This document shows, piece by piece, positions 30,242 through 41,159 of a stretch of 64,000 nucleotides of DNA. Below the pieces are notes generated by a model. That model was not told where the DNA came from, did no database searches, and saw only the letters and a program-made list of their open reading frames with translations. Within the stretch, counting starts at the first letter, position 1, and each line of letters opens with the position of its first letter. Both the position numbers and the translations under genes were made by a program. Source of the DNA: a virus; IMG/VR virus record IMGVR_UViG_3300032163_000004, positions 38,211-102,210 of that record, one strand, 5' to 3'.

Positions 30242-31230
30242 TTAAACTTTTATCGCATCCTTATATCTACCACATCCTCTATATTCTCCAAGCCACAATA
30301 TTGCGCACTCCCCTTCTACTCCACAATCTCCTTTATTTTCATCAAGATCAATAGAAGGAATACAAAGAGGGCAAACATCTAAATCACATTCTTCAAAAGA
30401 TTTTTCACGAACATCTTGGACAGGATTTTTATGTTCATGTTCTAACATCAATTCATTATCTACATTCTTTTCTACAAATTTTCTCCAGCAATCTTGGTGA
30501 ACATAATACTGTTCTATTTGATTATGGTTCTCTTCAATTATTATAGTAAATTCTTTCCTATAACCCAGTTGACTAACGTAAAACATCTGGCTTTTACACA
30601 ACATACATTTAACTGATCTTACATCTGTCATTTCTCTCTCCTCAAACATCTGCCCAATATCTCTGGTTCGGATATCTAACAATATATCTCCATTCAATAT
30701 CTTCAACACCTTCGTTTATCTTTTTACACCGAGGACATACTCCTAACTTACAACCATTTTCACAAGATATAAAAGTTTCTTCACATCTTAAACATACTTT
30801 TTCTACTTTAGGACCTTTACATTGACTTGCAATATTCGCCATATTACTCTCCTTGTGAAGCTAAAGCAGAATAACTAAGTTCAATTGCTTCTAGAGTTGA
30901 ATCAACTAAACCAGCAATATTTACTGGTTCATCTTCGCAAAGATCAATATCTGCTCCTGCAGCCATAGAATCTTCATCATCTAGTAAGTCAAAAGCAACT
31001 GACCGAACTTTCCTTGTAAAAGAATCTGAATTTGCAACTATAAAAATTTTTGTCTGTTCATCAATAACAAATATCTTTACGAAACAATCTAAAGTGTTTT
31101 GACTTACTATAGTTCCTACAATAGTAGCCATATATTCTCCATGGTCTACTCCATAAGAAGCTGCAGTAATCACCGTACCATATTCTTTAGAAGTACAAAA
31201 GACAATTGAGTTTCTAGGACCCTTCTTCAT
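30242..31230 (-). other. hypothetical ORFs 30242-30709, 30642-30842 (Cys-rich), 30844-31230
   Basis: Co-oriented ORFs. Confidence 0.55.
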
Positions 31231-31273
31231 ACTATTATTTTGTTCAGATGACGAAAGACTTTATCTGGAGAGA

Positions 31274-31546
31274 TTAGTGGGAGAACTTTAGAGTAAAAAT
31301 AATTAGAGCTCCTTGTATGATAATCAGTATAATATCAGTAAACCAAATTGCAAACCTTTTATAATAGAAACCATAAGCCATCCAAAAAACACCTACAGTT
31401 AAACTTAATACAAGATAAGACAAAGACAAATCGTTCGCACTTTTAGTTGATAATACTTTTCCAAGTTGGAGAGCAATACCAAGACACAAACTAAGACCTG
31501 CTACTGTTCCAAGCGCTTCAAAAAATTTATCTAGTTTCTTCTTCAT
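31274..31546 (-). CDS. SemiSWEET / PQ-loop (MtN3) family membrane transporter
   Basis: Three TM helices, Q..K...TKSANDLS, FW.AYG. Confidence 0.75.
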   Translation of the reverse strand: MKKKLDKFFEALGTVAGLSLCLGIALQLGKVLSTKSANDLSLSYLVLSLTVGVFWMAYGFYYKRFAIWFTDIILIIIQGALIIFTLKFSH

Positions 31547-31837
31547 GTTAGTTTAAAACTACTCTCCATTAGAATTTCTCAGTTCTTTTTCTAAATAATT
31601 TTAAATACTTATAAAGCGTAAATTCTACCTAAACCTACTTTCAATGTATAATCGTTGAAACTACAAAAACTACCATCTAACATGTAAAAAACATCCTGCA
31701 ATTTTTACAAACAGGTTTGGTAATACCTTTTATATGCGTAACTACTTGAACATCTCTTCCTTTACCGGGACAGTAACTGCATTTAATTTTTTCTCTACTT
31801 CGATATTCTTTTGTTTCTTTAAAGTGTCTGACTCCAC

Positions 31838-32530
31838 TCATTTATTTTTTCTCCTTTCTCTAGATTCTTTTATTGCTTTCATTCTTTTTTCTACAATTTG
31901 AGGTGACTGTTTCTTTCCCCTCAAAGCATCTCCTATTTTCTCTTTACATTCTTTAGATTTAGGTCCCTTTAACTTCCGGTTATGTTCTTCAGAATGATGT
32001 TTTCCCTCCTTCGCTTCTCTCATTTTACGTAAAGTCTCTTCTGAATAAACGTCTCTTTTCCCTTTGTTCCAAGGAAGTCTCCCTTTTATTGCTTCACTAA
32101 TTTTCTTGTCTCTTACTAGTTTCTTACCTGGAGCATATTTTAGAGGTTTTCCAGTTTTAGATTTAATCATCTTCTCTACAGATTCTTTAGCAGGATGTTT
32201 CCCTTTTCTTGCTTCACTCATCTTTTTTCTACTCTCTTCAGAAGGATTAATAACTCCATCTCCACCATCTGTCAAATTATAACCATTTGGAGCTTTACAA
32301 TTATAAAACTTAATCCAATACTTCTCTTTTTCATCAAGTTCTTCTTTAGTTTCTGCAGTGTCAATAATCGAAATATCAAATACTTCGATCCCATATTTTT
32401 TAAGAGCTTTATTGAAATAAGTATTTCCATCGTATCTCAAATGTTCTAAAATTCTATACTGAACGTTAAATTTAGTTTGCCCAATATAAATCTTTTCGTT
32501 TATTTTATTCTGAGCTTTGTAAATAATCAT
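31838..32530 (-). CDS. GIY-YIG homing endonuclease with NUMOD3 repeats
   Basis: IIYKAQNKINEKIYIGQT...GYNLTDGGDG, HSEE repeats. Confidence 0.9.
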   Translation of the reverse strand: MIIYKAQNKINEKIYIGQTKFNVQYRILEHLRYDGNTYFNKALKKYGIEVFDISIIDTAETKEELDEKEKYWIKFYNCKAPNGYNLTDGGDGVINPSEESRKKMSEARKGKHPAKESVEKMIKSKTGKPLKYAPGKKLVRDKKISEAIKGRLPWNKGKRDVYSEETLRKMREAKEGKHHSEEHNRKLKGPKSKECKEKIGDALRGKKQSPQIVEKRMKAIKESRERRKNK

Positions 32531-32550
32531 CTCATTTTTTTATCTCCTTT

Positions 32551-33382
32551 CTATACTTTCTCCAATTGTTCTTCAAGAACACATGCTCCACCAATAAGAT
32601 AACTATAAGTAATAGAATCAATGTTTACTTCTTCAATATCTTCTATTACTCCAATAGATCCAACTAGCTTTTGATAAACATCTTTGCTAAGAACTTTAAC
32701 TACTCTAACTTTCTCTCCAATTGAAAACTTAGGTTTAACTTTCTCTAGTTGTTCTTCATCACTACATTCATGGTCACAAAACACCATATCTCCTAGACAT
32801 TCACAATCTGGATTACCGCATTCATCATGATCTCCTTCGTAAACACCTTCTCCACAAACTGAACATTTTTCCTCATCAGACATTTCTTCCCCCGCTTTTT
32901 CAACATGACCACAATCTCTTGCATAACAAATTATATCACCATTATAATGATTCTTTTCTGCAGTCATTCGTTTACATTTAGAACATAGTTCCATGAGTCT
33001 ACCTTACTTTTCATGATCTTCCGGTTTATGTTCACCTATTGGAAAATCTCCTCCTCCATCACACTCTTCACATATGTATTGTTCACACCCATGACAGTAA
33101 TCTCCTTTGTCTACTTCACCGCCACATAAGTAGCATTCAGACATTTTGACCTCCTTCCAGAATTAATCCGTTATCATTAACAACCACTGATATAGAATCT
33201 CTAAAGTCTACTGAATCTGGAATCAAAAACTCTATTTTACCACTACTAGTTAAGAAACGAACAATTTTACTAACGCCCTCCCGTGATAAATTTAGAGTTA
33301 GTTCAAGAGTGACACCATCTGATACAACATTCTCCTCTCTAACAATATCCACTTTAGAGATATACGCAGTAACTTTATTCAC
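32551..33382 (-). other. hypothetical ORFs 32551-32994 (Cys-rich) and 33137-33382
   Basis: Co-oriented ORFs. Confidence 0.55.
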
Positions 33383-34389
33383 TATTCTCCTTTCAAAGTT
33401 TCTAACAACTCAATTAATCTTTTCATATTAGTTGTTCTATCACCTAAAGAAAGTATCCTCTCTCTACCCTTTTCTCCTAAACGTTTTCTCTTCTCTGGAT
33501 CTTTAACTAACTTTTCTACTTCCATTATAAAAGACTCAAGATTATTCTCAGAAACTATTCCAGTTTCATTATGGGTAATATAATCTTGCGTCCCACTCAT
33601 TTCTGCACTTGTCGTAACTGGAACTGCTCCTGTTAACATAGCTTCTGCTGGAGGGATGTGAAGTCCCTCTAATTCAGATGGGACTAACCAAATATCTGTG
33701 GTATTATAAACATAATTCTTTTGAGGTATTGTTGGATTACTATAGAAAACAAATTCTTGGATAGAAGGAAATCCTTCGTTTCCATACATTACTAATGATA
33801 ACTTTTGACCAAATTTATCTTTCAAACGTTTGTAACATTCGAAAATCCATTGAGTACGTTTAGTTTTTCTTTTTCCTCCTTCATTATAAAGACCACCTAA
33901 AACTACTTGTTTAGGAATTCTAATATTTATAGGGAAGTAATCATCAAAATCATATCCAGGTCTTATAACATAAGGATCTATTCCAAATTGTTTCAACTTA
34001 TTTTGTAAGCAAATACTGTTCACAATTTTAATCGTTGGAGATTCTTTTAAAATCTTAACTATTTTCTTTTCTGGGCGGTTCCATATTTCCCAACCCCGAA
34101 TCCAATGCAATTTTAATTTTGCATCAAACATGTTTGTAGAAGCAACAGATTTAATTCCTGTAGCAATTACTACGTCTGCGCTTGGAAAAGGACCACCTGA
34201 AGATGTTGGAATAACATGAGGAACCTTTAGTTTTTCCCAAGTATTATAGTTACTACCTGAGCTAACTATCTTAACATCATGCCCTAACTCAGATAACGTA
34301 TTAGCTGATTTTATAATTGAAAGTGATCCCCCATTATCCCCTAACCCAGTATAAAGTAAGTTAAACAGGATTTGCATCTGGTTTAACAT
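33382..34389 (-). CDS. glycosyltransferase family 4 (GT-B)
   Basis: GG...ANTL...GHDV, PSELEGLHIPPAEAMLTG. Confidence 0.9.
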   Translation of the reverse strand: MLNQMQILFNLLYTGLGDNGGSLSIIKSANTLSELGHDVKIVSSGSNYNTWEKLKVPHVIPTSSGGPFPSADVVIATGIKSVASTNMFDAKLKLHWIRGWEIWNRPEKKIVKILKESPTIKIVNSICLQNKLKQFGIDPYVIRPGYDFDDYFPINIRIPKQVVLGGLYNEGGKRKTKRTQWIFECYKRLKDKFGQKLSLVMYGNEGFPSIQEFVFYSNPTIPQKNYVYNTTDIWLVPSELEGLHIPPAEAMLTGAVPVTTSAEMSGTQDYITHNETGIVSENNLESFIMEVEKLVKDPEKRKRLGEKGRERILSLGDRTTNMKRLIELLETLKGE

Positions 34390-34615
34390 TCTCTAAAGAT
34401 TCTGATGATTTGATCTTCTCTTTTAATTCTCTATTCTGTTTCTCCAACTTTTCTATTTCATTCGTAAGTCCTTTAATCATAGTCATAGTAGTAAACGCAT
34501 CAAATGACCCTCGCTCATGACTTTTGAATCTATACTCTTCTAATTCATAAAGAACTTTATTAATTTTACCATGATTCATATTTAACCACAAGTTTTCATA
34601 TTTTTTCTTTTCCAT
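34361..34615 (-). CDS. hypothetical coiled-coil protein
   Basis: Overlaps flanking genes in operon. Confidence 0.55.
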   Translation of the reverse strand: MEKKKYENLWLNMNHGKINKVLYELEEYRFKSHERGSFDAFTTMTMIKGLTNEIEKLEKQNRELKEKIKSSESLENVKPDANPV

Positions 34616-35525
34616 GTTTCTTCTCCTTCACTTTTAGAATTTTTATCATATTTTCCGCAATTTCTCTTGGTGGAATTTTGTAGTCCAAATCTTCAATAAA
34701 TGTAACGGGAGTTTTTCTGACGTTGTATCTAACAACATGTAAGCTTTTTTGGTGACCCCATTCAAGGACTTCAGTTCCTAGTAATAAAGAAATATTTGGC
34801 AGACCAGATTGTGATCCAACAGTTAAAACAGATCGTCTAATTAATTCAATTGCTAACCCAATTGTTGAAGAGTTTTCTCCAAGTTTAATTTTGTTAATAT
34901 CATAAAATCTATCTTGTTTATCTGGAACACAATTAGGATTTTTACCACATATTACAAATGAAAAAGTTCTCATCAAATACTTATTAGAAAAAACAGTGTC
35001 ATAAAACTCCTGCCAGTACTTCCAGTTTCTTCCAATCTTATCTCTAAATCTTGCTGCAACTGTTACTATTAGTTTATCTGTCTTTAAGTATTCATCTAAC
35101 AATAATTTATTTTCAGACCTTGGAATAAACTCATATAGTTTTTGATCTCTTGCAAATTGATGCTTATTTACAAATTGTTTATGAGATAAACTAGGATATA
35201 TATAATCTAAAATATTATAACCTGTTTCATAATATACTCGAAAGTTTCTTATTATCTCTTCATACTCCTCATTTGGAAAATTAGCTAACCTAAAACAATC
35301 CTGTTTATATGTTGTTTCATCTCCTTCTATTTCCAAGGTTGATAGAATACTAGCATGTTTACCATAAATATCGAATCTGTCTGGTCTAGTTAAACATATT
35401 AGAATAACATCTTCATATTTCTTTTGGAGTTCTTTCTTTTTCCAAAATACATGAGGAGCAAACCTTTCGAATTCCCACCAAAGTTCCCCTAAGCATGGAC
35501 CAGCGAGTATGGCATTTTCTTTCAT
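34596..35525 (-). CDS. putative glycosyltransferase (GT-B, GT9-like)
   Basis: GPCLGE N-terminus, RNW..W, VGSQSGLPNISLLLGT. Confidence 0.6.
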   Translation of the reverse strand: MKENAILAGPCLGELWWEFERFAPHVFWKKKELQKKYEDVILICLTRPDRFDIYGKHASILSTLEIEGDETTYKQDCFRLANFPNEEYEEIIRNFRVYYETGYNILDYIYPSLSHKQFVNKHQFARDQKLYEFIPRSENKLLLDEYLKTDKLIVTVAARFRDKIGRNWKYWQEFYDTVFSNKYLMRTFSFVICGKNPNCVPDKQDRFYDINKIKLGENSSTIGLAIELIRRSVLTVGSQSGLPNISLLLGTEVLEWGHQKSLHVVRYNVRKTPVTFIEDLDYKIPPREIAENMIKILKVKEKKHGKEKI

Positions 35526-36244
35526 TTTACTAACTTTTGAATATCTCCTTCAACTTGTTCTTTGCTTGGAAACTCTCGGAAAATATTATAGCGTATAAAT
35601 CTCCATCCTTGATTTTCTATTTCTTCTTGTCTCTTGTTATGGTAATCAGTACTCTCTAGACAATTAAAGTGATAATAACCATCGTACTCTATTGCTATTT
35701 TATATTTTAAAAGAGCTATATCTACAGAATAGTTTAGAATTTTACATTGAGGTATAGATTCCGGATAGAGTTCTAAAACTACTTCTCTGAGTTTAAGTTC
35801 TCCTTTAGAAGGATTTTTTATAAATGAATTCATATAAGAAGCTTGACCATTTTTCATTCTAATCTTATGCTTCTCACGCCTCTCTTCATTCCATTTTTTA
35901 GACATTTTCTCTCTAGTTTTATCAGAACAATGATGCTTATTTTTATTAGATTCACTTATTTTTCTTCGATGTTCTTCACTCCTAACTTTCCCCTTATTAA
36001 AGTTCCTTATCTGCTCTATAACTTGGTTAGAATAAACCCCTTCTTTCCCTTTGTTCCAAGGCACTTGTCCGCTGTGAGAGACAATCATTTTTTCTCTAAA
36101 TTCTCTATTTTCCCACAATCTTTTTGTTAAACTAGTTAATTTTTTCTTAAATATTAAGCATTTATATACAGTCTTACTACAACACCATTTGCCATTCTTA
36201 AACTGATATACTGCTTCTTGACCACAACCATAATCACATAACAT
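35522..36244 (-). CDS. homing-endonuclease-like protein (CxYGCG + NUMOD3 + Vsr/DUF559-like)
   Basis: Paralog of 28622-29236; PWNKG, IAIEYDGYYH. Confidence 0.8.
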   Translation of the reverse strand: MLCDYGCGQEAVYQFKNGKWCCSKTVYKCLIFKKKLTSLTKRLWENREFREKMIVSHSGQVPWNKGKEGVYSNQVIEQIRNFNKGKVRSEEHRRKISESNKNKHHCSDKTREKMSKKWNEERREKHKIRMKNGQASYMNSFIKNPSKGELKLREVVLELYPESIPQCKILNYSVDIALLKYKIAIEYDGYYHFNCLESTDYHNKRQEEIENQGWRFIRYNIFREFPSKEQVEGDIQKLVK

Positions 36245-36264
36245 TTTAAACCTCTAATTCTTCT

Positions 36265-36492
36265 CTATCTTTTCTTTCTAGATCTTTTAGATTTTTTCAA
36301 AGGATCCATCATTTCTTCTTTAGTTGCTTCTTTTCGAATGTGTGTAGCCATAGGACAATTACTACTTCTCCATTTCGCTTTTGGAGATAAATACACTTTA
36401 CAAATTAATTTAGTAGGATCTTCTTGTGTAGGAATAACTTTTAAACATCCTGCACATCGATCTATAATTGGATCATATTGTTCCTCTAACAT
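36265..36492 (-). CDS. PxxKW family cysteine-rich protein
   Basis: PII..CxGC...C...PKAKW...CPMATH...PLKKSKR. Confidence 0.75.
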   Translation of the reverse strand: MLEEQYDPIIDRCAGCLKVIPTQEDPTKLICKVYLSPKAKWRSSNCPMATHIRKEATKEEMMDPLKKSKRSRKKR

Positions 36493-36501
36493 TTTTCTCC
36501 T

Positions 36502-37329
36502 CTACCACTCTTTAGTAAGTTTTTCATCATTTATAATAGCCTCGTAAAACTCAGAGAAACTTATTCCTTCAAGGTATTTGTCTGTATCGTTTTCTACTTT
36601 TTTAAGATCGACTTCTACACCTTTATTTTTAGTAAGAAGATTACAAGGACTATAACTTAAAGATCCACAGTGAACTCCAAGTTTATGTTCTAACCCTAAA
36701 ATATAAGGTCTTCCACCAGTTACTCTTTCTAATTTACCCCAATATAATTGATCATGTCTCTTGTTGACACCAACTAATCTTTTAAGATCTAACAAACCAA
36801 CTTTACTAAAAAAATCATTTTTAAAACTCCATAATCCTGACCCGCCATTTTTTCCAATACTTGCTTTAACTCCAGCTATTATTTGTTTGACTTCTTTTCT
36901 TTCGTTAATACCGCCAGGAATATGACTTATAACTAAAACATCCTTAAGCGCATTCTTTGAAACATCTAACCAAGCTTGTTTAAGCACTGAATCCCAACCA
37001 GGTGTAACTATAACGTCAGAATCTAAACATACCAAAAAATTATACTTATCTTTTTTTAAATCTTGTTCATGTTGCAAACCAAAAAAGTTAAATGTTGCAG
37101 CTTTTGAAAAGCAATCAAAAGTAGAATTCTTTGTAGTAAAAGTTACCTGATCTACCAAACCTTTTTCGTATAACTTATAACACAGTGCAAAGTGTTGTTC
37201 AACTTTACAATCTGTTAAGTTATCATAGATATACAAATGTGGTAATTCGTCTGAATGTTTTAACAGAGCTTCTATACAAAACTTAGATATTAAAAGACGA
37301 TTTCGAACACTTAAGAATACTTTATACAT
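36502..37329 (-). CDS. glycosyltransferase family 2 (GT-A)
   Basis: IYDN, VCLDSD (DxD), GW. Confidence 0.8.
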   Translation of the reverse strand: MYKVFLSVRNRLLISKFCIEALLKHSDELPHLYIYDNLTDCKVEQHFALCYKLYEKGLVDQVTFTTKNSTFDCFSKAATFNFFGLQHEQDLKKDKYNFLVCLDSDVIVTPGWDSVLKQAWLDVSKNALKDVLVISHIPGGINERKEVKQIIAGVKASIGKNGGSGLWSFKNDFFSKVGLLDLKRLVGVNKRHDQLYWGKLERVTGGRPYILGLEHKLGVHCGSLSYSPCNLLTKNKGVEVDLKKVENDTDKYLEGISFSEFYEAIINDEKLTKEW

Positions 37330-38053
37330 TTTGAAACTCCAAAATTTTTCGTTTTAGACTATTTAAATCTTGAAGTTCTTCTTCCCAAATAATTAATGTT
37401 CGATAACCTTGTTCTTTAAAATGTTGTAGTCTACTAAATTCATCCTCTTCTTTATGCCAGAATCTTCCAAAAAATTCTATTAATTTTTTTTCTTCTCCAT
37501 TTATGAAATCTGGATTTTTTCCAGCAATCCAGACTTGACCATCACCAACATAGTTATATTTGTTTGTAACTACTTCATCTAAAAAATTCGTTAGAAATAC
37601 TTCAGGTTTAGTAGGTTTTTGTAGTAGTAAACATTTTTTTCTAAAACTAGAATCATTCCATTTTTCTTTCATCTTTCTAGACATTATATCTCTTTGATTT
37701 TTAGAGACTTGTTTTCCTTTACGCCCTTTACCAATTTTCTCTTTAGTTTCATTTGTATGATGTTTTCCATAAAATGGATTTTTCTCTCCTGTAATATCTG
37801 CATGATTTTCTTTTATCTTTTTTCTAGTTTCTTCTGACCTTCTTATACCTGTTAATTTTTCACTTATCTTTTTCTTATGTTCTTCTGAGAAAGATCTCTT
37901 CAGCTTTCTCTTATGCTCACTAGAAAAATGTCTACCCAGTTGCCCAAACTTTTTCCTATTCTCAGAGCATTGGGAAGAAAATTTATTACAACACCACTTC
38001 CCATTTTTAAATTGGTATTTTGCTTCTTGATCACAACCATAAGCACATAACAT
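37322..38053 (-). CDS. homing-endonuclease-like protein (CxYGC + NUMOD3 + Vsr-like)
   Basis: MLCAYGCDQEA; NPDF...IEFFGRFWH...GYRTLIIWE. Confidence 0.8.
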   Translation of the reverse strand: MLCAYGCDQEAKYQFKNGKWCCNKFSSQCSENRKKFGQLGRHFSSEHKRKLKRSFSEEHKKKISEKLTGIRRSEETRKKIKENHADITGEKNPFYGKHHTNETKEKIGKGRKGKQVSKNQRDIMSRKMKEKWNDSSFRKKCLLLQKPTKPEVFLTNFLDEVVTNKYNYVGDGQVWIAGKNPDFINGEEKKLIEFFGRFWHKEEDEFSRLQHFKEQGYRTLIIWEEELQDLNSLKRKILEFQNV

Positions 38054-38059
38054 TAAAAA

Positions 38060-39352
38060 TTACCTCTGCAGTAGTTCTTCAAATTTTGTAATAATTTCTA
38101 CAGTATTCAATTCATCATAACATTTACTATGCCCTCCAAAATCTGACTCTGGGCAAGGAATATGACCATGTCTAAAACAAGGAGCACACCTCTTCTTAGA
38201 ATCTATCCAATCACATAAATCTTTTGAATACGTTTCAAGTCTAACATATCCAGGAAAAGGACCAAATATCCCTAATGTTTTAACTCCTAAAGATATTGCT
38301 ATATGATTTAAAGCAGTATCAGTTGCTAGTGTTATTTTTGATAAAGAACATAAAGCTATCGTATCATCTATTCCTTTAGAATACTTACAAAAATTATAAA
38401 CTGAATCTTTATTATCTAGAATAGAAATGAAATTTCGTATCATCTCTTCTTGCTTTGGAGAATCTGTAATAACTACTTTATGTCCTTTAGATGTTAACTT
38501 ATCAATAATAGATTTCCAAAACTTTGGACTAGGTGTTCTAATTGGACTAGAAGCTCTAACTTGTATCAAGACAAAAGACTTTTCATCCAAACCCCATTCT
38601 TTTAAAACACTTTTACAGTAAGCTATTTTTTCTTCTTTCGGACTTTGTTTTGGAACTAAGTCTTTATCTTCAATTTGTAGATTCAACCACTTCCTAAACA
38701 ACTTATAACAATTTGTAGTTTCAGCTTCTGCACAACGTTCAATAACTCCTTCAAAAACTGCATGGTAATCAGCTTTCCACAGATAACTTAGATTAAATGG
38801 AAGATCTATTAAATTATCAATTACTCGTTCGTTGTCATCAACAATATCATCTTGCCATGTTTCAACCATCGGTTGATATTGCGGACCACAAGCAAATACA
38901 ATTTTACATGGACTAAAATTTTCTTTTATATGAACTAAAATGGGTTTGATAAAGAGAAGATCTCCGATGCCGCCGGTCCGCCAAAATAAGATAGTTTTTC
39001 CTTGTAGGTTTTCTCCTTTATATGGTTTATAAACATTTTTAAATTTGATTCCAGATGGTCTAAGGATTCGTTCATTCGTAACAGGATTATAATGTAATTG
39101 GTGGTAAACTGTTACACTAGAAACATACTTAGATCTTTTATAGATATTTTGTTTCTTAAAATTATTCTGAATAAAACTAGTATCTTTAACACATTCTGAT
39201 ATAATTATATTTGGAGGGTCTAGTGCTAGTTCTTCTAAGGTCTTAACTTTTTTAACTCCTTCTTCTATTCCAAGTTGTTGATATTCAAATTTCGTTACTG
39301 GTTTAAAGTTATCCCTTTTCACATTTACAAGTTTTATTCTCTCTTCATCCAT
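38060..39352 (-). CDS. glycosyltransferase family 9 (heptosyltransferase-like)
   Basis: RTGGIGDLL, ATDTALNHIA, GIFGP, CAPC. Confidence 0.88.
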   Translation of the reverse strand: MDEERIKLVNVKRDNFKPVTKFEYQQLGIEEGVKKVKTLEELALDPPNIIISECVKDTSFIQNNFKKQNIYKRSKYVSSVTVYHQLHYNPVTNERILRPSGIKFKNVYKPYKGENLQGKTILFWRTGGIGDLLFIKPILVHIKENFSPCKIVFACGPQYQPMVETWQDDIVDDNERVIDNLIDLPFNLSYLWKADYHAVFEGVIERCAEAETTNCYKLFRKWLNLQIEDKDLVPKQSPKEEKIAYCKSVLKEWGLDEKSFVLIQVRASSPIRTPSPKFWKSIIDKLTSKGHKVVITDSPKQEEMIRNFISILDNKDSVYNFCKYSKGIDDTIALCSLSKITLATDTALNHIAISLGVKTLGIFGPFPGYVRLETYSKDLCDWIDSKKRCAPCFRHGHIPCPESDFGGHSKCYDELNTVEIITKFEELLQR

Positions 39353-39378
39353 TCTATTTTCCCTTCCTATTTAAGAAT

Positions 39379-39879
39379 TCATTCTTCATTTATCTTTGTA
39401 ATAGCTAGTTCAATTGTGTCTCTTAATTCTCTTGGGTTAACAAATAGTTCTGACTGTCCCATTGTAGATATCCATTGATAGTCACTATGTTCTTTAGAGA
39501 GTTTAATTTCTTGTTCTGGTGGATCTAAGGAGCATAAAAAATTGTATTGAGTACTCTTTCTTTTTCCTTCATCTGCAATGTAAGTGAACTTATCTAAATA
39601 AGAAAGAATTTTAATATTTACTCCTACCTCTTCTCTTACTTCTCTTTTTAAACAGTCAGTAATTTTTTCTCTTGGACCTTTATCACATTTCCCACGAGGG
39701 ACTTCCCATTGGTTAGGCCACTTATCATTTTCAGATCTTTTGATTAGTAAAAATACTATTTCTCCATCTTCATTCTTTTTAAATATAATAGCTCCACTAA
39801 CATTCATTTCTTTCTCTACATCTTCATCATAACCAAGAAGAGTTTCCAAAAAGTGTTTTAGTTCATATTTTTCGTACAT
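39379..39879 (-). CDS. Nudix hydrolase
   Basis: WEVPRG...LKREVREEVG Nudix box, LSKEH. Confidence 0.92.
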   Translation of the reverse strand: MYEKYELKHFLETLLGYDEDVEKEMNVSGAIIFKKNEDGEIVFLLIKRSENDKWPNQWEVPRGKCDKGPREKITDCLKREVREEVGVNIKILSYLDKFTYIADEGKRKSTQYNFLCSLDPPEQEIKLSKEHSDYQWISTMGQSELFVNPRELRDTIELAITKINEE

Positions 39880-39881
39880 TT

Positions 39882-41147
39882 TTAGCTTCCTGTAGAATAC
39901 ACTAACAATTGTAGTATTTGATCTTTTTCTAAAGCTACTTCAGGTTTCTTTATAAATAAATTCAATCCATCATCACTAATATAATAATGATCTCTATATT
40001 TTAAATAACCATTTGAAGATAGTATTAGAAGAGCATCGTTGTCTGTAATTTGATATCGTAAGACAATCATTATATCCGAGGTAGAATCTGCTTGTTCTTG
40101 CGTAACTTGATGGGCGTACACATCATTAAGAACATAATCTTCTCTTTTAGTTACATTAGCATGATCTGATTTTATAACTTGAAAGTAATCTTCAGATGTT
40201 GAATCTACAGACACATCCCAATAAAAGTTAATAAGAGATCTATCTGAAATAATGTCTTGTTGACTATAATAAGGAGAGTAATTTAAAGTATGTCTAACAT
40301 CTAACTTAATATTTTGGACTAAGTGATCAGTAAGTACCATTATCATTGATGGCATTTCAAGTTGGTATTCTATTGTAAAAGATAGTCTCCAATCTGCTAG
40401 TCTATCTGTACCTCCATATTTTGTAGAAGCATCTGTAAGAGATTTTAATTCAAATCTAGGTCTCATTCTACATGGCACAACTATTTCATTTTTATTAGTC
40501 GTTTTTATAAGTACTTCACTAGCTTGTGATTTATCCCAATCTAAAGTATGTCGAACCCCTGTATATGGATTATTATATTCATACAAATAAACCTCTGATG
40601 GTAAAATTAAAAAAGAGTTAAACCATTGGGGATAAATAGGTCTTCCTATATCTCCAAACTGTTGAATAAGTAAAATTCTCAAATCAAAATATTCATAGAA
40701 AGATGGAAGGAGAGTTATCATTTCAAACTCCCCTTTTAATCGAGAAAATCCAACACAAACTCTAACATCATTATCTTCGTATATTGGATCATACAATCTT
40801 GATATTAATCCTGGAGCTAAGTTAGGAAATCGCCAGCCTATTTGTCTTGCACCCGATGCTGTTTCATCAAGACCAAATTCTCCAGTTGGATTTAAAATTA
40901 AAGCCGGCAGATTTGGTTTGTCAGGATTTCTACCAAGTTCAATTTGTTTATTTATGTATTCTACACCTTTATCATACGTGCCGATAATTTTCCATTGAAA
41001 TCTAGGATATAATTCACCAAACCAATCTAGAGAAGCTTTTACAAAATCAGCAAATACATTGTGAATATATTGATAATTGTAGCGCTCATCAATCATATCC
41101 TTATCTGATACGTTTTGATCTGGAACGAAAACAGATTGATCTGTCAT
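39882..41147 (-). CDS. putative virion structural protein (possibly tail completion, gp15-like)
   Basis: 421 aa; weak resemblance only (LPALIL). Confidence 0.35.
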   Translation of the reverse strand: MTDQSVFVPDQNVSDKDMIDERYNYQYIHNVFADFVKASLDWFGELYPRFQWKIIGTYDKGVEYINKQIELGRNPDKPNLPALILNPTGEFGLDETASGARQIGWRFPNLAPGLISRLYDPIYEDNDVRVCVGFSRLKGEFEMITLLPSFYEYFDLRILLIQQFGDIGRPIYPQWFNSFLILPSEVYLYEYNNPYTGVRHTLDWDKSQASEVLIKTTNKNEIVVPCRMRPRFELKSLTDASTKYGGTDRLADWRLSFTIEYQLEMPSMIMVLTDHLVQNIKLDVRHTLNYSPYYSQQDIISDRSLINFYWDVSVDSTSEDYFQVIKSDHANVTKREDYVLNDVYAHQVTQEQADSTSDIMIVLRYQITDNDALLILSSNGYLKYRDHYYISDDGLNLFIKKPEVALEKDQILQLLVYSTGS

Positions 41148-41159
41148 TTTATATTTTCC

